From Cenococcum geophilum (Eukaryota), in assembly GCA_050273025.1 (NCBI GenBank), contig CP158635.1, forward strand, positions 11,346,001-11,410,000: 64,000 nt of DNA. The letters run 5' to 3'. The notes under the pieces were generated by a model. That model ran no database searches, was not told the origin of the DNA, and saw only the letters and a list, made by a program, of their open reading frames with translations. Positions within the stretch are counted from its first letter, which is position 1. Each line of letters starts with the position of its first letter. This document shows positions 23,459 through 38,844 of the stretch, piece after piece. A program made the translations under genes and the position numbers.

Positions 23459-25699
23459 GAGCATAGAGCTAAGATATAAGTTCTAAAAGGGCTTAGCTTT
23501 AGTCCTTTACTAAGATATAAATTATTGCTTTAATAATTTTTAGAAGTAGATACTATATTTATAATTATCACTTAACAAGGCTAGTATAATACTACAACTC
23601 CAAAACTAGCTAGTGCCATTACTATAACATATCTAAGTCTTAAGGAGAATATCCCTACTATAAAAGCTAGGAAGCCTAGCTTTAGAAAAAAAGGACTTAT
23701 TTAAGGTGGCTCCGCTTTTTAGCATACTAACCCTCAGATTTATTAGGCCCTTATAATATAAAGATACTAAGCTAAGGAGAAGGGGATTGGTAATAGGGCG
23801 CTAAAGCGTACCGCTAGTATATAGGGTAGATACAAATAGCATAATAGACAATAGCTTAAAGATAAATGGGGTAGATAAGGTAGATAAGGTAGAAGTAGAT
23901 AAGGTTATATTATATAATGTTATATAAGGAAGATTATAGTCAAATAAGCCCAAAAGTACAGCACTACTCGTAGATCTGCAAAATTAATTATATAGTATTT
24001 TTTTTCTTTTAAAGTTATTAATTCTTATAATATAAAGGAAGCTTTTCCAATTACCAGCTTTATTAAACTAAAGAAACTTCCTATTAACCTAGTGCTAATC
24101 ACTACTATATTAGGGTTAGATTAGGGGTACCTATAACTCATCTACCGTATATATATAGCCTTATTTTCCACGTAAATCAATCTATATACGAGTTCGTTCC
24201 TAACCTAAAATTTCTAGTCAACACTTCTATTTTAATATAAGACTATTATACCTAATTAGTCCGTTTACACTTAAAGCTCTAGGAGCCGCAAGTCTACACT
24301 ATACTAAACGCAAAATAATAACCACTAAACGACGGGCACGAAATTCCTTAGGATTTAAAACCTCTTTTACTAACTCTATATAGGATGTTTATAGCCCAAT
24401 TAGACTCTATACCTAGACGGAGCCTAACTATTAAGGAAATATAGCTTAGACAGAATTTAATGACAACTTTTTCTCTTACAACGTTTCAAATTTTTATATA
24501 TCCTAGAGTTTTATACTTATCTATCGCGGTCTTCAAGGCCAGGAGCAGCTAGATATTTCCGTTACCCTTAACTTTAATACTTAGTCTACGGACAAAGATC
24601 AGTTATCTACAAATGACTTATCGTGCCGTTCTTTTATACACAGTTACTATTATCTTAACAGAAGCACTAGTTGCACCAATACGCCAAATTTTATATATTA
24701 CCGGCTATAGATAAACCCAGGCCTTCTAAAACGCTAGGCTTTAAGCAGTGTATAAGAACGTAGGTATAGTTATAGGTCCACTTAAGCTTCTAGTTTTATA
24801 CTTTACTACTACTTCTAATCCTTCTTCCTTCCTAGATTATATAAAGTGCGCATTTATTAGCAATAAAATTTCATATACTCTATTTATCTTGTATATTAGT
24901 TATATATTACACATAGCCTTAAAATATAAAGTTCTTAGGCTCTACTAGTACCGTTCTATTTAGCGCTTCCTATATCTATCCTAGTATGCCACAGCTTTTA
25001 TATCGTCCTTCTTTAATAGTAAACTTTTAATACTAAATTCGGCTTCAATATCAATTCCAATACGGCCTTATATTAATATTAAATACTAATAAAAGGCCTA
25101 GTCTTTTATACACTTATTAGTAGTTCAATTTCCAGTTATAGGGCTAGCCAATTTAGCCTTATCTGGGATTTAACAAAAAATTATTAGTATTTAATACGCT
25201 ATATACAGAAACCTATTTAAGAAACTTTATTATAAGTTTTATATAGCCGCCTTTAACAAGGGAACTTAACGTTAGTACTAACCGTATCCTCCTAATAATA
25301 ATATATTCTGCTTATCCGGTGCCTTTATAAACCTAAGTAAAGTTTAGTAAGCTAGGGTTTACTAGTAGCCTAGGGGTTATTATAAACGGGCTGCCTCCCT
25401 CCCTATTAGCTTCTTTATTAAGTGGCTATAAGCAAGCCAATAATAATATAATATTATTTAATTTTCGGTGGGGTGCTGTAACGGCACGTATAAATGCCTC
25501 TAAGATAAAGCTTATAGATTACAACTATTAAAGATACTAAGCTAAGGAGGGGACGCGTTTATATACGCGGGGGTTGCAAGAGAATTAACACAATGCTCTT
25601 AATTACGAAAGAAAAAAGAAAGGAAATCCTATAAACCGGTAGACTATATAAGTATATAAAGGGAATTAATCAGTTACTATCCTCTATTCCCACTATCAA

Positions 25700-26820
25700 C
25701 CTATCTACTACCATCTTCTTAACAATTGGCCAAGTTATAACTCTATAATTACTTATCCAACTTAAAATCTTCTTAAGTATAATCTATTTATTATACTACC
25801 CCTATCTAAAAGCATATAGCAGATATATAGCACTAAAATCCATCTCCTAGTCCTTCCGCGTTCTTTAGTTCTTAATAATAGTGTTATAGTAGATAATAGG
25901 ATCCGTTAAATTAGTAGTAATAGGCTTAGGAGATGCGGTACCGTGTATCCTAAAGAGGGCGTCCTTACTATCCTAGAACTAGTATATTGGCGCAAATACG
26001 TTCCGGTCTAAGATAAGGACTTTATTTAGAATACTAATAAGGCGCCCAGTAATTTGTATTAGTAGTTATAAATTAAATTCCTAGGCGCCGTTAAACATAG
26101 CTATCTACTTACGCACTATAAGTCTTATTAAGGCGCTATTCGGCTTTATTAAGAAAACTCTATTATTAATCATACCGTTAATAGTGCCGTCCTTCTCTGC
26201 GCCGCTATACTGTTGTCTAGCAATAAAGGTAAACCCTGCGTTCTATAGTAGAGTTAGGGACTTAAGCGGCATAACGTCCTAGTCTATATAGATGCCGCCA
26301 ATCTTAAAGACCTCTTCCTAGCGTAGCACGTCTAACTTATACTAGATAGCTTTAATAGGCTTTATTATATTAGGGCCTATAAACTATAGAACCTAGACGT
26401 AGTTAATTTGGAGAAGGTTTAGGAAGGTAGTAAAGACCTTACAAGTCTATATATTCCCTATTTCGATAGCGGACTTAATCTTAGTTTAGTTATAGTTAGT
26501 ATAGAGGTAAATCTTAGATAGCTTAATATATATAACTAAGGCGTATAGGGATAGAAAGTACGTAAAGTGTATATTAATTATAGAATCTAAATCCCTCTTA
26601 ATATATATATAGTAGACGATACTAGGAATATACCTATATATAGTAAGATACTATATTACGGCATCCTTAGCGGAAGGGTATAGGAAGGAGGCTAGAGAGA
26701 GAAGAATAAGGATAGGGACGCTAATTTTAACAAATATCTATAACTAGGAGTAGAGGAATAGTGGAATAAGGTTAAGGGGAGCGTATCCTTTCTTGCGGTA
26801 GAAGGGGTTAAAAAATTATA
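25700..26820 (-). pseudogene. Glycosyltransferase family 32 (DxD sugar-binding), RIP-degraded
   Basis: N-terminal hydrophobic segment; IPSIVYYIY (IPNIVHY); YKLDVLR*EEVFKIGGIYID*DV (HKSD..R...GGIY.DWDV); INNRVFL; ILDRNVFAP. Confidence 0.85.
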
Positions 26821-29099
26821 GAAATTCTACTATTTTAAACCACTAATATCTAAAGAGCTAGAAGAAAAACAAGAACGTAAAAAGAAAAAAACCCTAAGTA
26901 GTGCAGGAAAGGACAAAAGACAGATTACTTAAGTAAAATTCCCTAATAGTTACATTAGACTAGAAAGCGTTAGGATAGATTTTACTATTATTAACTGTTT
27001 TAAGTATAGTGTAGCCTTTAAAGGTAATAATGGGGTAGTATTAGATATCCTTATCTCTATCCTACTTATTACCGTCCTATATTATATTATACATTCTTTT
27101 TCCTTATTCTTATCCTCGTCCTATTAGCTAATGCTACTTCTTAGCGTTTAGTTAACGTTAATAACTTACTTAGCCTTATCGGCTTTACCTATATTATCCA
27201 CCTTACCCATATTATCTACCTTATCTATACTATCTACCTTACCTATATTATCCACCTTAGCTACACCAGCCATTAGTTAAGCAATTATTAGCACCTCTAG
27301 CGGTCTTCCTCTAAAAATAATATAAAACTAGCTTATAAAGTTAGCTTAGTAAAACTAAGAACCATATTAATAAACTAGGTACCGCCCTACCTAAATTTAG
27401 CCTTCCTTATATGCCCCTACTCGCTTTTTTTATTCTACTTATTACCTTTCTTTTATATTAAAAGTTACGCTATATATTATATTAACCTTATAGTACTTAC
27501 GCTTCCTAAATCTACTAGCGTCTATTATATTCTTAGCTACTTACTAAAACTAACTACTTCTAAAAGATGCAGCTAGATATAATATACTTAAAAGCAGCGT
27601 ATATTGCTACAGTATGCGCTAAAATAGGATTAATAGGAATTGTCTTAGCAATAGTTATAAATAAGAGAAGAGAAAAGGCCAAAGCTTTTACTTTATAGGT
27701 TAGTATAAATAAGTCTAACTAGGTGCCTTTAATTACTAATACTTATATTTAGTTTTTACCTCTAAAGTATAATTATTAAGTTCCTTAAAATATAACGGTT
27801 AGAATAAAATACTTTTATATAAATTATATAAACTATATAAGTTATAAACTACTTCCTCTTTAAGTTTCTAAATTATTAGCTAGCCTACTAATTTCCTATT
27901 CTTCTAATCACCTTAATTACCTAAATTACGCCTTAGCTAGACTCCTTTATAAGACAATCACGGGTTGCTTAATTATTAGCATAGTGCTTACATTTTGCTA
28001 TTAGTGCATTTTAGCGTTTATTTTCTCTAATTTACAAATACTATATAGGCAGGTTTAGGTTAGCAGAAAGAACTTATTCCTCGTTATCCTTTATATAGTA
28101 AACACAACTATATTCTATATTATTTGCGCTTTCCCTTACTATATATTACACTCTATACACTCTAACGCTTACTTACTAGGCTTGGATATTAGAATAGAAA
28201 TAGGGGATACTACTTAATTCTGCTTAGGAGTACTCTATTCTACACTTTATATAATAACATTTATAAGCCTTACTTTATTATTAAACTAAAGGTAGAAAGG
28301 TAATTTATATTTACCATATTCCTCAATATATTAAGTCTATAATAATATTATTTTAGTAACGTTCCCAGTTCCCCCACCGGTCTTAAATTTAAGAATTATC
28401 TTATCTACGACTTTATTCTAAAATAAGTCGATATATAAGTAGTTCGTAGAGACCTATAGTTTAAATAACTGTAGCCATAGAAGGCCAAAGAGGTCTCCGT
28501 AATGCTATTAACTTAATATTTAATAAAGGTGCATCCCCATATAGAAACTTTACAGTCGACTATTTAGGTTATCTTAGATTTTCCCTAATAGTGCTCACCT
28601 TGTCCGCCAATTCCCTTATTTAATCGCGGGTCCATCCTATTATTAGCATCCCTAGGTATAGTTTCGTTATTAGTTATACTTTAGTAGCATTATAAACCGT
28701 TACTAAACCGGCTAGTATTATATAGTTAAGCCTAACTAACTCGTAGCGAGGGCGTTCTAGGTTAGTAGGCGAGAGGTTATATAGTAATAATTCACGATAA
28801 ATAATATGTATTTTATCGTCTAATAAATGCCAGATTAACTATAAAGGAAAGAAGATATCTAGGTAAGGATTATATGTGCTTAAGTATATCCTAAACTCCC
28901 TATAACCCTTATAATACGTTAATATGCGATATACGTGGTACGCGACCTATATGCCGTATATATCCTATCTATAAATTTTTTTTTAACGATTTTATATTAT
29001 CTTATTGTTAAACGCTTAAAACAAAGCTGCCATAAATACACCACTATATAGGTCTAATTCCATAAAAAGTTCTATCTAAATTCAAACTCTAGATATCCG

Positions 29100-30170
29100 A
29101 AGTCCAATTATAGGGGGGTAGAATTGTGAGCTTCCAGCTATACGTATCCGCTTTATCCAAAATAGCAGCAATTACATCTTAAATATTAGTCTTATTAGTA
29201 GCATAAATAACGAAGCTTATAAGGTAGAACATTATAAAGGGGTATTTTGCGTTTATATAGTAGTAGACGTAGTACTGCTATATTCGCTCCGACTAAGGTC
29301 TATTAAACGGCATAAATCCCTAACAATAGACGTGTCCTTACTAGGTGCCAAAATTAAGCCCGGCCTTCCCTAGTCATTTAATAGCCGGTATAGGCTAAGT
29401 ATAATAGTGGGTCTAAATAGAACCCTTAGCTATAAACGCATTTAGATACTTCTCTTTAAAGGTCTCCGCAAATTTAACAAGATAATTAGGTAGAGGGAGT
29501 GCTCTATAAGATATTATAGACTCTAATAACTCTGGTAATTTTTCTCTAAAGTCGTATAGGAAGTATAGGTTAAGGCCTCTATCTATACCTTAAATAACTA
29601 ATAGCCAAGTCTAGGCAGGTCCGTATTCCGGATTAAGACTAATTATACCTCTTTTTTCTATATCCTAAATAACGTATATAATAAACCGATCTTTATCTCT
29701 AGTATAAGACTTCTTAAATTTAGACTAGCGACTTATAAGTAATCCTTTATCTAAGTCCTAAGACCTAAATCTATTTCCCTTATATTTAATATCCTAAAGG
29801 GGTAAGTATCCTAAATTAAAGGTATTCTATAGGGTTATTTCCTCCTAAAATATCTCCTAAACCGCAGGTAGTATTACGTCTTAAATAACTCTTTTAGCTA
29901 GTTGCCTTAGGGAGAAGTCGCTAATAAGCATTAATAAAGCGTCCTAGATAATATTAAAAAGTAAAAACGGTAAGCTAGGTTATTTATCAATAATAATAAA
30001 TTGCTAAGAGTCTACCACTAGCGGATTATATATTAAGTCTTTCCTTAGAGTATTTTTTATATCTTTTAAAGTAACCTTAGTTATCTATTTAACGTTCTTA
30101 AGTTCCTCCTCCGTCTTCGCTAAACGACGCCGCCTAATAGGGGCATTATCTTTAGACGGATAAACCATGT
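29100..30170 (-). pseudogene. Degraded conserved fungal hypothetical protein
   Basis: Long frame with RIP-type stops: FAETFKEKY.NAFIAKGSI*THY..*PIP..LNFGT**GHVY.*GFMPFNRP*SERI*QYY; family not recognised. Confidence 0.5.
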
Positions 30171-33100
30171 TATTAGCGTTAGTTCCTTTATAGATAATAA
30201 GTAATAGGCGGTTAGGTTACTTTTATAATTTATCTAGAAGCTAACGGGTTAATAAATTACCTATAGCTATCTATCTTATTATATAGTTTTAATACTAGAC
30301 TTACAAAACTAAACCATCCTTTAGGTTTATAGAAAGTAGGAAGCTCTTATAGTTAACCTTATTAGAAGGTATAAAACTAAGATATACTACAGTAGTATAT
30401 TTAAGTAGAAGGCTTTCCGGGTCGCACTAATATTTATTATATAATCCTATTATTAATAGCTTATAAATAGAGCTATAATCTTTAAAGCTTTTATAGATAG
30501 TTAGAAGAGTTTAAGGAGTAAGGAGCTTTGGAAGCTATTAATAGAGTATATCCTAGCACGGCTTAGTCATTTTTAGGCCTTCCGTATTAGATAAAATAAC
30601 ACTACCTAGGATTTTCGCATTCTTAAATTTAAGAGCGGTAAGCGTTTATACCTAGATGGCAACCCTAAGATATTAAAGAGCATACGGACGCTATACCTTC
30701 TTAAAAAAGTCAACGTATATCTCTACCTGGCTGGCGTAGAGACCTTTTAGGAATTTATCAATACTTACTACTCTAGTTACCTACTCAAGCACCTTAGGGT
30801 CGCTTTTATTAAATACTATAATTCGAAACCAGCTATACAGTATATTAGTACCACCATCCTTAGGCGTCGGAGGTCTTAAATCTAAACTTGCAGCGCTACG
30901 CTCCAGTAGAGAGTTATTAAGGTTTAGTACAATTTTATAAAGCTAACAGACGGTACTTACGCAGAAGCCTACATAGAAATCCTTTAAAACCATAACAGTA
31001 CTATTATTAGGGATGCTTTAGAGAGTAGTTAGCGTTACTATCTTTGTTTTTAAAAGGTCGGTTTTAGCAAGGCTCGGCCCTAGGTATAATATTAGAAAGG
31101 AAGTACCTAATTAGGCTTTGCTATACTTATAGCATAAAACCTACCTAGACTCTAGTTAGTAAAGGCCCGTATATCTTATTCTAGTTTTATAATCCACTAA
31201 ATACAGTTAGCGGTATCACCACTAGTCCTATAAAAGCGTATACTAATCTACCTTCTTAAATTAATAACTAAACGCAACTTATCCACTTTCCGGTTAGCGG
31301 AGTTAAAATTAAGGGGCCCTTTAATATTATCGGCTTCCTGCTAAGCTTACTTCTAGTTTATATTTAAAGACTTCATCTCCTTAAAATGACAATTACACTA
31401 GGCCTAACCTTTTATCAAAAGGACGGCATAGTAAGGCTGGTTGTTTTTAAGCGCATTATATCTTAAACCTTATACCTATAAGGACAAAGGTAGCTCTAAG
31501 GACTAAAGTAATATTCTAGCTTATTATTAGTTGCTATGCCTACCTAAGCTTTAAGACGCATAAATGCGAAATTGTAAGCTTATAGTAAATAATTACAAAA
31601 AGCCAACGTCTAAGTCGATATTATAAGTACGCCTAAGAAAAATAGCTACACCGTAAATACAAATTTGGATAGCGGGCGCTGTTGGCTTCCGGGTTACTAG
31701 TATTACAATATAGCTGCACTAGTTACTTACTAGATAGGCTATTTCTGCCTAAAATTTAAAGCATATCTATGGCTTTACTTATACATATCTATAGATAAAA
31801 GTATTACACTTAAAAAACATAAAACGCTAAAATAAGCTCTATAACATAAGACGTCCCTATATATCTATTATAGCTTAATAGGAAATACAGCCATAAGGGG
31901 TCGACGTCTATTCCACACTACTTAACGATAAAGGAGCTTAAAATCCGCTAATTAGCTTATTAAATGCAAAGCATTATAAATATCCTAACATATAGCACAC
32001 CTACTTCCTATACTAGGTCTTAGGGTATACAAAAAGCACTAACTATATATCTAGGGTGTTACAGGTAAGAAGCGGCTTAGCGTACCTTTATTTTAGTATT
32101 TTTTAGTAAGGAAAAGTATACAAGAGGTAGTAATGTACAAGAGGTAGTCCAAACTTAGTAATATAATTTCAGTTCACTACAGAGACTAGAGCACCTACTA
32201 ACTAAATTATTAGTAGGGATATAAACACTACAAAGGTACAAACTATTTAACTCCAATCCTATATATAAAGCGTCTTCTATAAATAAATAATATATTATAA
32301 TAACTCTAAGGCTAAACACTAAAAGGCAGCTCGTCTGCATCCTTTTCCGCTTATATTCCATAATTTCATTTTTAGCCTCTCTAACATCATTTACCTATAC
32401 ACTCTAAAGTCTCATTCCGGCTTCTTTTAAGGCTCTTAATTTTTTATTTAGGTATAGTTTATACCCTAGCTAGAGTCCAAGGACTTTAATAAATAGTAAT
32501 ATTAAGATAAAATACGTTTAGGCGGCTTTACTACACTATTATTTTCTTCCGCACTAGGATTATTACACTCTAAATTATTTTTATATTCTATAGCTAATAA
32601 GATACTCTGTTTATATTAATAGGCTAGCAAACAATAAAGCCACTTAGAAACCACTATTAACGTACCTACTTTACTGCGTTAAAGGCATTATCTAAGCCTT
32701 TAGGCTTTAGGACAAACGGTATAGCCTAGCAATATTAGTAGTACCCTATTAAAGAGTTAGAAATAAGGCATACCTCGGTTAAATATAATATGCTATCCCC
32801 TACCTTTACCTTTAAATTACTTACCATTAATTATATATCCTGCTCTTCTTATATAACTTATAAAAGAGCTAAATATAAGCTCTACTTAGCTCCGCCTAGA
32901 AAGCTAAGGCTTAAAGGCTAAGCTAATACACTAACTTAATAATACAACTATTATATTATAAATGCGTTAAAATGCGACTACAGACGGGGCTTAATCCCCT
33001 CTCTATCCATATTTAACCTTACTATACCTCTATATAATGGTTACATTAAAGATAATAGTTTATATTACCCTATATCTTCTAAGTATTTCAATACGGCGAC

Positions 33101-36100
33101 GTAAATACGGCCGGTAAGGCGGTTATTTATAGCCTCTACCCCCCTTAATAAATCAATAGCTAAAAAATCTAGCCTAGGGCCGATATTACCTAGTTTAGGC
33201 TTTAAATTTAGCTATCTAATAAACAAAAACTAATACAATCCGTAATTAGGATACAGTGTATATAGAGCCCTAAATTAAACCATAGATCTTAATTATATAT
33301 ACTTCCTTATTGCGTATAGGCCTAATAAGTGTAATAATATCTTAAGGGCTTATCCTCTTACAGAAACCACCCCCTACTAGCGGTTACTATATTATTTATC
33401 CACTAGCTTATATATCCTAACCCTCTTATAGGCACCAGTAGTAACTTCCAAACTTATAATACTAGCGCTACTAGCTAAGCTATAATAGAATATCCCTATA
33501 CTGAACTAGCTGCTTATATAACCAGGACCGCTTTATTTAAATATATATATCTAGTTCTCCAGCGCAATTCCCGGTAAGAAGGTATAATACGCTACAGACC
33601 CCCAAAGCATAGAAAGGGTAATTAACGCTTTACTAAGCCTCCCTCACGTATAAGTCTTCCTCTATTATAACCGTAGTTAATATAGCCTATAATATAAATA
33701 TAAGCGTCTCCTACATTAATCTCCTTTTTAACCGGCCTCTATTCCTAGGACTTCTTCTATAACTTAGCGCGGCGCGTAAACCTATACTTTACTAAAGGTT
33801 TTATAAGGAAGTAGTTTTGCTAGTATCTAACGCACACTAAAAAAAACATTATTACGGTGATAGTTTAAGCCTCTTCTAGTTTATATAGTTATAAAGGCTA
33901 TAATAATGTTACTTCTATAATCGCGGTGTAATTATTTTAAAATCTAATAGCAGAAGCTATAGGTAAGAGACTTTTTAGGATCGCTTAACCAAAAAGAGTA
34001 AAGGAGACCCCTTACCATCACCAGCACTGTAATTACGCTAGTACTTTCCTTACGCCGATATCTCTGCGCCCCTATTTTAGCCTATTTTAACGCTAAAATT
34101 TACTCCACGCCTATATCCTTAGTTGTTTAGCGTAGCTATAAGCATATAGTTAATACCCAAACTCTAATAACTAAGTAAAGGATAGAGTTTACCTAAGAGA
34201 TAATATATAAGTTAGGTCAAGTTATAAAACCTTTTTACTACCTTCTATTACTTACGGCATATAGGCAGACTACACCTTTATATATAATCCCATCTTTAAG
34301 GCCCCAATATTACCGTATTAGTAATGCGCCTCACAGCTGCGTTATAATAGCCCCTACCCTACTAAACCAGAGAAGGGTTTATATAATATATGCCCTTACT
34401 ATACCCTAAAGGCGCAGTACCTAAAATAGACCGTTACGTGTAAGTGTTACATTAGGCGGCGTATATCTATATCCCTTAACCTAAAATATCCACTGCCTTA
34501 AGGGAGAAGGTTATACAGCCTTTAGTTTAAATAACCTAAAGCAACTTCTACGGCCAAGGCTTACGAATTAGCTAAGCGGAACTATATATAAAGGTGCCAC
34601 CATTATAGGGGGAACGGAAGCCGGCGCAAGGCCTTAAAGCCTTAGCAATTTAGAATATGCCTTATACAGCATAATAGACAGCAGTAGGAGTAGTTAATTA
34701 GCTTATACTAAGAGCTCTAAAGGCTTTACTATATAGGTAGACGGCACAGAGCATCTTATCTGGGCTTAGGAACTACCTAGGCTAAGTTTATCTTACGTGG
34801 TTAAATTAGGGGCTTAGCAACATAGAGCAGAAATCCTTAGTTAAGAACGTCCCCTAATACTACCCCATCTCTAAGTAGAAACCCACGTTATATAGAATAA
34901 TAAAAAGTGGTATTTAAACCCCGGCATTTACACTTCTTAGATAAACCTATCTCCCTTCTTAAATAACCCTACCTCCTTTTAAATAAACCCACCGTATATA
35001 TTAGCAATGGATTATTCTAACTTTAAATATCCTCCTAAGCATTTCTCTATCTCTAAAGCCACTTGTTTAAGGTTAGTATAGGTAGATTCCATACTTAATT
35101 CTACTAGTCCTATTCCTCTTACGTTTAAAGATACCTTTATAGGATCTAAAGCCGACGAAACTCTAAGCAGAGAAACTTACGTAATTTTTATAATATTTAC
35201 TACTAACGGCCTAACGGCTACAGAGCTTGCAAGTAAGTCCCCTATATCCCACCTAAAGCATTTCTTAATTAGTAGCGGGCAAGGCTTAGCCATAACCGAT
35301 TCTCTTAACCCTAAACCTTCTATTGACGAAATCATGCTAGAGGACGTTTAAGTATATAATACCCAATTTAAATAGATCTTCTGCTACTCTAGCTACTTCT
35401 CTAAAACAGCAAATACTTCCGTAATAATGGCTAGCCAAATAATAAAGGAGTTTAGATGGCACGTACCTACAGAAGGTTCTGGCTCTAAAAACACAACTAA
35501 GCTATATACTTACACTAATACTATAGAAGTTCACTCTAATAAAGGTAATATAACGCACGCTTTTCTATATTAGCCGTAATAAATGCTAACTAAAGTTTAT
35601 AAAAGAGGAGTAGATAAATATAGAAGATTATAAGCAGCTAGGTAAACTTGTTTAGCAGTAATACCTAAATTTAGAGCAAAACCTTAGAAACGACTATTAA
35701 GGTTTATTTAGATCTTCTAAAGGTATACCAAAATACAAAAAGAGGTAAAAAGAGAATACTGTATATATACTAATAATTACATAGATTATCCAATCCTTAT
35801 TAAAGAGGACTTTAACACTCTTATCCCTTTCGCAGAATCTCCTATACGCTAAAAGTCTCCTATACGCCAGAAGTCTCCTAAGGAGGTAAAGAAAACTATT
35901 ACTCTAAACAAAGCTGGGCGGTTGCGATATAGTAATTAGCTTAACTTAGAAGCTTTAAAACCTAAGATATAGTTAAAATAGGAGAAAGTATAAGAGGGCT
36001 AGATTTAGATAGAAGAAATTTTCCATAAATAAGGATACTAAGCTTTACTAAAAAGCTTGCAAAAGTTTAAGAAGACTTTAAAAGAAGAATTAAAAACTAT

Positions 36101-36599
36101 ATACTCTTCTAGGGATTCTAGGCTTTATAGATATTAACTTATAAAGCTCTAAAAGGGTATACTATAAAGGTTAACTAAGAGTAATAAAACAATTAGGAGG
36201 CCCGCTTATAAGTATAGGGAGCTATTATATCGCCTAGCTAAGCATAAAAGTGTACTTTATTTAAGAGAGATATAGAATAAATCGAAGTTTATACCTTATC
36301 CCTATATCCTCGCCAAAAAGGTAGCAATAGCTATTACAATATAGCATTTAGGTAGCTTTTAGGTTTTTCATATCTACTTAAATAACTACTAAACTAAATT
36401 CACCGGTTATATAATAATACATATATAGTATAAGCAGTCTCCGTTAATAGTAAGCCAACTTAAGTTAATATTATTAGCCAAGAGTTAATCTATTAAACTT
36501 TAGGAGTTATATTAGTCCTTCCTAACAAATCACAGGTACCCTCGTCTCGCTCTCTAGTAAGGAGGCTATAGCAATATAGCTATACTTCTATCCTTAACT

Positions 36600-37386
36600 T
36601 CTTGCTAGCTTTATAGTCGTAATCTCCAGAATACTAGTAATATAAATTTTAAAACTATATATATACTATAAGCAAAGCCCAGAAATCTAGCTCGACCTAA
36701 TACTTACTAACTCTTTTTATTTATTCGCGGCGTAGTAGGTTTATAATGGCCTTTTCCTATTCTAGGCGAAGTCGCGAGCCGAAATGAGGTGGCTTAAAGT
36801 CCTCTTTACAAAGAATAACGCCTTCTTTAAGTAATAGTTAAATAAAAGCAATCTTAACCGGGTTATATATAGCTGCCTCTCGTATAAAGGGGTCTAGTCG
36901 TGCTTTAGCATCCTATAGTATATATATAATCTCTTTTTAGCTATAGGAAATGGCTGCGTTTAGCGGGATACGTCTATTAGTAGGCTTGACTTCGGCCCCA
37001 TACTTAAGCAATAGTTTAATAATTTCTATATTGCTTCTCTACAAAAGTTCTAAAAGCACGCTTTCGCCTTCTCTTAGCGCGTTAATAGGCGCGCCCCGTT
37101 CTAGTAGTAGGCGAACTATATTTATATAGCCTTCCTCCACAGCCAACAGTAAGGGCTTAATAAGGTTGTTAACATTAATAAACGGAACAGCCTTCTAAGC
37201 GGTGCTAGCCTACCTAAACTTCACTGCCTAGTACATTACGAAGCTGCTATCGCGTTTATAAAGCTCATTATTTAATATACAGTAAAAGTGACGACCTATA
37301 ATAATAAGAGCATTAATATCGCATACGCGTTTAAGATACTCCGCTATTATAGGAATTAATTTAATAGTCAGACAAAGTATAGACAT
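36600..37386 (-). pseudogene. F-box-like plus ankyrin-repeat protein, RIP-degraded
   Basis: MSILCLTIKLIPIIAEYL...DINAL...LNNELY; ankyrin repeats PLLLAVEEGYINIVRLLLERGAPIN and NIEIIKLLLKYGAEV. Confidence 0.75.
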
Positions 37387-37699
37387 TTTTAATAGTTAAG
37401 AGTGCTTTTTAAGAAATGGCAGGAGTAGGCTAGTTTTCCCCTCCTTTTAAGTCCTTAGAGTGTTAAGCTAAAGTTAAAATATTTAGTTGTTAGCGGCGTT
37501 ATATACTATTTTAACTAACAATATCTAAACGCTTATAATAGTTTATAGATAATTTCCCTTTAAGCGATAATTGTATATACGCTTACTTTAATAATACTAT
37601 TTATTTATATAATATACTCTCTTATATATATAAGAGATAAAGATTAAAACTAGCACCTAGTAGAAGATAGAGGGCTAAGGTATTAGCGGATAAAAGCTA

Positions 37700-38640
37700 C
37701 TATTCTAAGCCACGGTTGCTTTCCTCCTCCTTATACTTTAGGCATACTCTATCCTCCTAACAGCATCTATTATAAAAGCTATACTTTTAGCAGTCTACTA
37801 TTAGTACTAACTCCCCTAATAAATACCCTCCCTTACACACTATACATTTCTTTATTGTTTTTGGGTAATACTCTAGAAATCTCTTAACCTTAACGTATTC
37901 CTTAAAAATCCTATCTAGCTATTAACATTCTAACTCTTCCTAATAGTCTTTAATCCTTCTTAGCATCTCTACCTTTTTCTCTAGTGCTAAACGCTTTAGT
38001 ATCTACTTTTATACTCTTTCTCTAATTAATATCATTATATATCCTACTCTTTGCCGCTTTATTCCCATAATACAATTTACCGCATCTTAAGTATTAATAT
38101 TCTTAAGAATATTTACAATTAAATTATCCTCGCCAATTATTATAAACTTTTTAATAACTTTTCTATCTAAACTATAGTAAATCACCCGGAGGTTCCACCT
38201 AGGTAATTCCTCTATTACCTCCACGGCCTTAATATATTTAGAAACTTTATTCACAAGATTAAAAAGGCTAAAACTTATTTTAACCGTCAAAGATACTAAA
38301 ATTTAGCTTAGTATAAATTTTAGAGTAATAACTAAACTAAATCTTATAGATTTAAGTTTAGGAGGCAATCCAGTAACTAAGGGATCTCTATCCGCGATAG
38401 GGACCAGGATAAATGTAAAGGTAAAACAATAGAAACTACTTTTATCTACCTTAAGGAGCTTACTAGATAGATATAGAGGGCTAGTAAAATATTTAAGGTT
38501 AATAGTATAGAAGAATAGAGCAATTTATACTCGCGCCAATTAGATACAAAATGGCGGATTAGCTTATATAGGTAACTTATATTTAAACTAAAGGATTAGA
38601 GTGGATTTAACGCTAGTTTAAATAGATTACTAAAAGAATA
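37700..38640 (-). pseudogene. Degraded protein with C-terminal RING-like Cys/His cluster
   Basis: ~37730-37850 minus: KKCIVCKGGYLLGELVLIVDC*KYSFYNRCC*EDRVCLKY (de-RIP C..C...C.KH.FH..CC....CP.C). Confidence 0.5.
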
Positions 38641-38844
38641 TATTCACTAAAAGCACAGGAGCTTGTTAACTTTAAACTTAACCTTTTAATAACTAGGGGG
38701 GAACAAACGGATAACTTTTAGGGATGAAAAGGTCCGCCCTTAGGAAAAATAGGCCTATAAGAAAGAACCTATCCACACAAAGGAGCTAGTTAAGGAGAAA
38801 AAGTTAGTAGTATAGGGTCGCTACAGTTTTAAGTGCCCTATTTA

